Under the pieces are notes generated by a model that saw nothing but the letters and a program-made list of their open reading frames with translations, ran no database searches and was not told where the DNA came from. Positions 26,295 to 31,263 of a DNA stretch of 31,263 nt are shown here, piece after piece. The stretch covers positions 1 to 31,263 of the forward strand of contig CBDBIJ010000054.1 in the NCBI GenBank assembly GCA_965205655.1, given 5' to 3'. Numbering within the stretch: the first letter of the stretch is position 1; each line of letters opens with the position of its first letter. Origin of the DNA: Candidatus Latescibacterota bacterium (GTDB lineage: Bacteria > Latescibacterota > UBA2968 > UBA8231). Position numbers and translations under genes: made by a program.

Positions 26295-27473
26295 TCATAG
26301 CCACTTGGTGAAGACGGGTTTCTCCTTGTGCGGCTCCACCACTCGCAGGAGCACGGCGCCGGAGAGGGTGACGTCGACGACGACGAACCCCGGCTTGAGA
26401 TGGGCGAACAAGGTATCGGAACCGTGGCCCACCGCCGTGGCCTTGCGGCTCGAGCCGAGTCCGCTCACGACCGCATAGCGCGCCGCACTGCCACCCTCCA
26501 TCACCTGCAGACTGTGCTCGTGGCCGGCGGCGACGATGAGCGGCCTGTGAGGTCGCAGTGCGCGCGACAGGTCATCAACCAGTCTGGAGTACTCCGAGCT
26601 GCGCAGGTCCTGCGGGCTGGCGACGAACGAGCTGCGAGCGATCGGATACAGCGAGCCGATGACAGGGATGGGCAGCCACATCCATCGACGCACTCGCGTG
26701 AGCGGAAACAAGTGATCTTTCCAGTCGAAGAAGCCGCCGTGGACGCCGTGCGATTTGAGAGGATGATGGGCCAGCAGGATGACACGCGCCGGACCTGGTT
26801 CGCCGACGAGCCGACCGAGCTCGGCGAGCACGGAGTCCCGGTTGTTCTGGCGGCACCACTGGGGGATCTCCTCTGCGGCTAAGAACCAGTAGGTATCGAT
26901 CGCGATGAGTCGCGTCCTGTCGGGATGTCGAGGTGAGGGCACATCCACCGCGTGCGGCCCCGGGCAGCCGTCTCTGGGAAGAAAGCCCTCCCGGTGACCG
27001 AGCTCACGGTCGATGAACTCCTGCTGGCGAATGACAGCTGCGAGACCACGCTTTCCGCCCGGTCCCCAATCGTGGTTCCCGGGGATAAACAGGGCACGTG
27101 CCCCGGCTGACGCCACCGGCCCCAGCTGCGCCATGAGACGCCGCTCCGCCTCACGACGTCCTCCGGCGGTGGCCTCCGGCATGCCGCTTTCGTAGATGTT
27201 ATCTCCTAGAAATACGACGGTCGTCTTCTGCGGCATGAGGCCGGCCCAGTGCCCGAGCGTGTGCAGCACCGGTTCCTCCACCAGAGGATTGCCAGCATCA
27301 CCGATGAGAATCACGCGCTGAGAAATCTCAGCCGCGTCTAGCTCCGGCTCGACGAGCGGCAGCAGATCGGCGCGATAATACGGGGCTGTATGGCTGCAGC
27401 TGAACGCCGTGAGCAGGACGCAGAGTAGCGCGCCTCGGGACCTGCTCTGCACGCTATGTCCGGGACGGCACAC
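26295..27473 (-). CDS. Calcineurin-like metallophosphoesterase, probably exported (possible lipoprotein)
   Basis: Motifs LIGDAG, FLGDNIY, PGNHDW, HHP and GHEH. N-terminal hydrophobic stretch LLCVLLTAFSC. A GTG at 27473 overlaps the upstream TAG; alternative GTG at 27452. Confidence 0.88.
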   Translation of the reverse strand: MCRPGHSVQSRSRGALLCVLLTAFSCSHTAPYYRADLLPLVEPELDAAEISQRVILIGDAGNPLVEEPVLHTLGHWAGLMPQKTTVVFLGDNIYESGMPEATAGGRREAERRLMAQLGPVASAGARALFIPGNHDWGPGGKRGLAAVIRQQEFIDRELGHREGFLPRDGCPGPHAVDVPSPRHPDRTRLIAIDTYWFLAAEEIPQWCRQNNRDSVLAELGRLVGEPGPARVILLAHHPLKSHGVHGGFFDWKDHLFPLTRVRRWMWLPIPVIGSLYPIARSSFVASPQDLRSSEYSRLVDDLSRALRPHRPLIVAAGHEHSLQVMEGGSAARYAVVSGLGSSRKATAVGHGSDTLFAHLKPGFVVVDVTLSGAVLLRVVEPHKEKPVFTKWL

Positions 27474-28546
27474 TAGCTCCAGCGCTCTCGCAGAAGCCGG
27501 GATGCCGAACACATCGCCTGCAGTTTCAGGTAGGCCTCGTCCAGATCCATGGGATTTTGTACAGAGGGAGAGAAACCGCAGTCAGGATGCAGAGTGATGC
27601 GCGCCCTGTCGACATGCTCCATGGCCGCCTCGGCCCGGGAGGCGACGAGCTCTGGCGTTTCCACCTCCCTGTCGCAATGGTCGACGCATCCCAACCCCAG
27701 GCGGGCATGACCGGGAAACTGACGCAGACACTCGAGGCCGCCCGACACAGGCGTGGCCAGCTCGAGTGAAATGACGTCTACCTGAATTCTAGACAGGCCA
27801 GGCATGATCAGGTCGTAGGGCCCCTCGCTGCCGTGGCGATGGTCGAAGTGAGCATGGCAGAGGTGAACGGCCAATGTCAGATCATCCTGTGCGCCGACCT
27901 CCTGAACGACCTGGTTGACGAGGTCGACGCAGAGGTCGATCTCGTAGTCAACGTCCGTGACCCCGTCCTTGGAGCGCACCTCGGGGTCGACGAGGCGATT
28001 GAGCCACGGTTCGTCCAGCTGTACCGTGTCTGCCCCCTCCTCCTTCAGCTGCTCGATTTCGCTCGTGAGGATGGGGATGCAGGCCTCCATGAGTTTCTCC
28101 GGCTCGGGATAGGCTCCCGCCGAGTGCTCCGGATGCCACATGCGGCGACCGATGGTGTAGGGGCTAGGCAGCGTGGCCTTGATGCGCCGCTTGGTTCTGG
28201 CGCGAAGAAAGCGGATCTCGTCTACCGCAATCGGCCGGTGGTACTCGATCGGGGCTACCACCGCCGGGTATGGCAAGTCGCTCACCATCAGGTCGGGCTC
28301 GAAGCCGCGGACCCGCTCGGCAAACACCTTCACGTAGCTCTCGCGGCGCCACTCGCCGTCGCTGATCTCATCGAGTCCGGCCCGCTCCTGCATCAGGATG
28401 GCGGACTCGATGGCCCTGTCCAGTATTCCGTCGGCGTCCTCCTCGGAAATTCTCTGTCCCTTGCGATCCAGTATCAGCTGCCGGACCCACTCGGGCCGGG
28501 GCAGGCTACCTATGACGGTGGTCGGAAACAGCGGGGCGTCAGCCAT
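27473..28546 (-). CDS. Cobalamin-independent methionine synthase II family protein (stand-alone MetE C-terminal barrel)
   Basis: Motifs TTVIGSLPRP, SDGEWRRESY, VQLDEP, Zn ligands HLC...SLE...PDCG and VETPE. Confidence 0.92.
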   Translation of the reverse strand: MADAPLFPTTVIGSLPRPEWVRQLILDRKGQRISEEDADGILDRAIESAILMQERAGLDEISDGEWRRESYVKVFAERVRGFEPDLMVSDLPYPAVVAPIEYHRPIAVDEIRFLRARTKRRIKATLPSPYTIGRRMWHPEHSAGAYPEPEKLMEACIPILTSEIEQLKEEGADTVQLDEPWLNRLVDPEVRSKDGVTDVDYEIDLCVDLVNQVVQEVGAQDDLTLAVHLCHAHFDHRHGSEGPYDLIMPGLSRIQVDVISLELATPVSGGLECLRQFPGHARLGLGCVDHCDREVETPELVASRAEAAMEHVDRARITLHPDCGFSPSVQNPMDLDEAYLKLQAMCSASRLLRERWS

Positions 28547-28638
28547 GTCGAACCTCGTTTGTGATTCAGCGGTTGGCTGGGGATATTAGTATGAACGCGA
28601 CGGTGCGCAAAGCAACAGTAACATCGAGAGCAGGCGCC

Positions 28639-31263
28639 ATGGCAACCACTGATGTATGCAGCCGCTACTGGAGAGCGGCGTGCCTTGCAGCGGCACTCAA
28701 TTGCGGCAGCGCTTGGGGAGCCATCTTCGAGTTCGGTGAGGCCGGGATCGTGGCTGGCGGCGGCCTCGGGGATGGAGGCTCCGCGCTGACGGCGAGTCTC
28801 CTGCCCCGGGACGTGCTCGCCGGACCCGACGGGACGCTCTACATCGCCGACGAGCAATCGAATCGGGTCCGGGCCGTTTCGCCCGGCGGCGAGATAACGA
28901 CGGTGGTGGGCAGCGGCCGCTACGGAGGCGACGATCTCGCCGTAGGGGTGTTTCAGGGCAGTCTGTCGATCCCCGACGGGCTCGACATCGCCCCCGATGG
29001 GACCCTCTACATCGTCGACCTCGGCAACCGTCAGATCCGGCGAGTCTCCGACGGTGTTCTGCAACCGTTCGTGGACCCCGGTCACCCGATCTTCTCTACA
29101 GTACACGGTCGTTTCGCGCCCGCGAGCGTGGCCGTGGGCCCCAATGGCAAGGTCCACGTGGCCGATCGGGGCACCCACATAGTCTGGCAGTTCGACCCCG
29201 ACGGTTCCGGCCGCAAGGCGGCCGGAAACGGCACGAGAGGGTACGGCGGTGACGGCGGGCCCTCGGCATTGGGACAGCTGTCGAACCCGGTGGCCGTCGC
29301 AGTCGGAGTCGACCGATCGATCTACATCGCCGACCGCGGCAATCGTCGCGTGCGCAAAGTGGACCCGAACGGAACGCTCAACACGATCGCCGGCAACGGC
29401 AGCGACGCGCCGTGGGAGGGGGAGGCGGCCGCCCTGGGAGCCAGTGTCGAGCCGATCGATGTCGCGCTCGAGCTGAACGGCGATCTGCTGGTGCTGGATG
29501 CGCTGGGTAACCGGCTCCTGCGGCTGGCATCCTCGCGTCTTAGTGTTGTCGCCAGATTCGCCGCCACCTCGAGGCCGAAAGCCATCACCGTGAAACCGGA
29601 CGGAGATATCGTAGTGGCTGACTACGGGAGCCGACAGGTCACGGTGCTGGACCGCTCTGAAGTGCTGGCCGGCAACGGCACGATTCGAGCCAGCGGAGAC
29701 GGTGACGACGCCCGTAACGCCTCGCTCTACCAGCCCTTTGGCCTCGACCGCGACAGTCACGGTAACCTCTACTTCGCCGACCGCCTCAATCACCTGGTGC
29801 GGCGGGTCTCCCCAGACGGCACGATCGAGACGGTCGCCGGGACAGGCGCGGCCGGCGCCGGCGGTGACGGCGGCCCGGCGCTGGAGGCGCAGCTGAATCG
29901 GCCAACGGGCGTGGCGGTCGACGCAAGCGATCGCGTCTTGGTGGCAGATGAAGGCAATCACCGAATTCGCCGCATCGACCGGGGCGGCACGATTCACACC
30001 GTGGCCGGTACGGGAGCGCCCGAATTCACAGGCGATGGCGGGCCGGCGACAGGTGCAGGTCTGCGCCATCCGACCGGGCTCACTTTCGACGCTGCCGGCC
30101 GGCTCGTAATCGCAGACTCAGGCAACAGGCGGGTAAGGCGCGTCGATGCCGACGGCGCGATCATCACCATCGCCGGCAACGGCGATCAGAGTCCGGTTGG
30201 CAGTGGTGGGCCCGCACTCGAGGTTGCTCTGGTGCGTCCGGCAGATGTCGTGGGAGACGGCCGGGGTGGGTTGCTCATCACCGACAGCGACGCGCACCGG
30301 GTCTACAGACTGGACGCGACTGGCCTTCTCGTGGTGGTCGCCGGAACCGGTGAGGAGGGGAGAAGTGAATCGGGCAGCATCGCTTCCCACGCCGCCCTCA
30401 GCAGCCCACTCGGTGCAACACCCGACGGCGCCGGCGGCGTTTTTGTCGCAGATGCGGGGAACGGGCGAGTCGGACACGTGAGCGCGGACGGCTTGTTCAC
30501 CAGCCTGGAGATGGCCGGCGCCGGCCAGCCGGCGCGACTCCTGCTCGTCGATGGTAGGCTCGTGTTTTCCGATATCCTCAACCACCGCATTCTCGAACAG
30601 GAGCTGACGCGTTTGACTCAGTCGGCGTCAGACAGGGTCGTCTTTCACTCGGATGCCGCAGATGAGTACTCGATCCAAATGGTGGCGGCGCTGGAGGGTT
30701 CGGTGTCGGATGTCGTGTTCGATCCGGTGGCAAAGCGATTATACGTCACCGATGACGACGGCGTCGAGGAGATTCTCCCCGGCGGCGGACGACGCGCGTT
30801 CGCGGAATTCAGCTCGCCTATCACGAGCGCCGTTCCGATTACCGGCGCCTACGAGCGCGGCCTGGTGGTGGGGACCGCGTCCGCCGCCGTGTTCGGCACG
30901 GGGCTGACCGTTCTGGAGCGGCACTGGAAAGGGTGGATGCGATTCCTGCCAATCGAGCGCCCTACGGGCCCGGTGTACGCCGCGGCCCTGAGCCCGAGAG
31001 GAGATCTGTTCGCCATTACACCCGGCCGGCTCATACGGTTTCTCGGGTCGACGTGGCCCACTGCCGGCGTGCTGTGGGAAGGCCCCGAGATCGCAACACA
31101 GGTCACGAGAGACGATGGCCATCAGTCCAGAGACGGTGATGCGACCACCTCGAGCATCACGGGGTTTCTCGGTGAGGAGGTGATAACTGGAAACGCCCGG
31201 GCTCTCACAGCTGCCGATGTGCTGCGGCGAGTTTCGCTCGAAGAATTTGCATCGCTGCCGCAC
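28639..31263 (+). CDS. 3'-truncated NHL-repeat (teneurin-like) multi-beta-propeller protein, probably secreted; absent from the ORF track
   Basis: Translated by hand: frame 1 is open from ATG 28591/28639 to the window end. It has 12 NHL-like blades (e.g. LYQPFGLDRDSHGNLYFADRLNHLVRRV, LNRPTGVAVDASDRVLVADEGNHRIRRI) with AGxG...GDGGPA linkers and a signal-peptide-like N-terminus. Confidence 0.92.
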   Translation, partial: MATTDVCSRYWRAACLAAALNCGSAWGAIFEFGEAGIVAGGGLGDGGSALTASLLPRDVLAGPDGTLYIADEQSNRVRAVSPGGEITTVVGSGRYGGDDLAVGVFQGSLSIPDGLDIAPDGTLYIVDLGNRQIRRVSDGVLQPFVDPGHPIFSTVHGRFAPASVAVGPNGKVHVADRGTHIVWQFDPDGSGRKAAGNGTRGYGGDGGPSALGQLSNPVAVAVGVDRSIYIADRGNRRVRKVDPNGTLNTIAGNGSDAPWEGEAAALGASVEPIDVALELNGDLLVLDALGNRLLRLASSRLSVVARFAATSRPKAITVKPDGDIVVADYGSRQVTVLDRSEVLAGNGTIRASGDGDDARNASLYQPFGLDRDSHGNLYFADRLNHLVRRVSPDGTIETVAGTGAAGAGGDGGPALEAQLNRPTGVAVDASDRVLVADEGNHRIRRIDRGGTIHTVAGTGAPEFTGDGGPATGAGLRHPTGLTFDAAGRLVIADSGNRRVRRVDADGAIITIAGNGDQSPVGSGGPALEVALVRPADVVGDGRGGLLITDSDAHRVYRLDATGLLVVVAGTGEEGRSESGSIASHAALSSPLGATPDGAGGVFVADAGNGRVGHVSADGLFTSLEMAGAGQPARLLLVDGRLVFSDILNHRILEQELTRLTQSASDRVVFHSDAADEYSIQMVAALEGSVSDVVFDPVAKRLYVTDDDGVEEILPGGGRRAFAEFSSPITSAVPITGAYERGLVVGTASAAVFGTGLTVLERHWKGWMRFLPIERPTGPVYAAALSPRGDLFAITPGRLIRFLGSTWPTAGVLWEGPEIATQVTRDDGHQSRDGDATTSSITGFLGEEVITGNARALTAADVLRRVSLEEFASLPH

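Noticed and set aside
28510..31263. Minus-strand ORFs of 519, 155 and 174 aa
   Set aside because: They are antisense to the plus-strand NHL-repeat gene, and their repetitiveness mirrors its repeats.
1..31263. CRISPR arrays, tRNA/rRNA genes, IS elements, prophage or recognised anti-phage defence operons
   Set aside because: I saw no spaced repeats, structural RNA signatures, transposases, integrases or known defence-gene motifs by eye. Covariance-model and HMM searches were not possible.

Overview
GC-rich bacterial chromosomal window, densely coding, with about 24 genes. I found no rRNA, tRNA, CRISPR array, transposase or integrase. The gene content suggests an FCB-superphylum organism such as Latescibacterota or Gemmatimonadota (inference): a QNYPNPFN C-terminal Ig/sorting domain, PhyH, Gfo/Idh/MocA, DUF1080 and FGE-domain genes, and a Bacteroidetes-style DnaE2. 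From left to right: (1) the 3' end of a beta-propeller protein with a C-terminal FlgD-Ig/T9SS-like domain; (2) a flavoprotein resembling eukaryotic OSGIN; (3) a long minus-strand metabolic run, in transcription order amidase, PhyH dioxygenase with HxG motif, AAC(3)-like acetyltransferase, D-2-hydroxyacid dehydrogenase, membrane protein, two Gfo/Idh/MocA dehydrogenases, sugar isomerase, frameshifted Rpe-like epimerase, SppA, FGE-domain protein; (4) a second membrane protein and a ~877-aa orphan with acidic and low-complexity tracts; (5) an SfsA-GIY-YIG fusion, DUF1080, a fatty-acid hydroxylase, a Nudix hydrolase and a frameshifted HDOD protein; (6) a two-gene mutasome-like cassette (inactive Y-family polymerase plus DnaE2) behind a terminator, a sigma70-type promoter and a candidate LexA box; (7) a metallophosphoesterase, a MetE-like protein, and a large NHL-repeat protein that runs off the right edge and is missing from the ORF track. 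The most notable items are the OSGIN-like flavoprotein, the ImuA-less mutasome with clamp motifs on both partners and its putative SOS operator, the HxG PhyH enzyme and the orphan protein.
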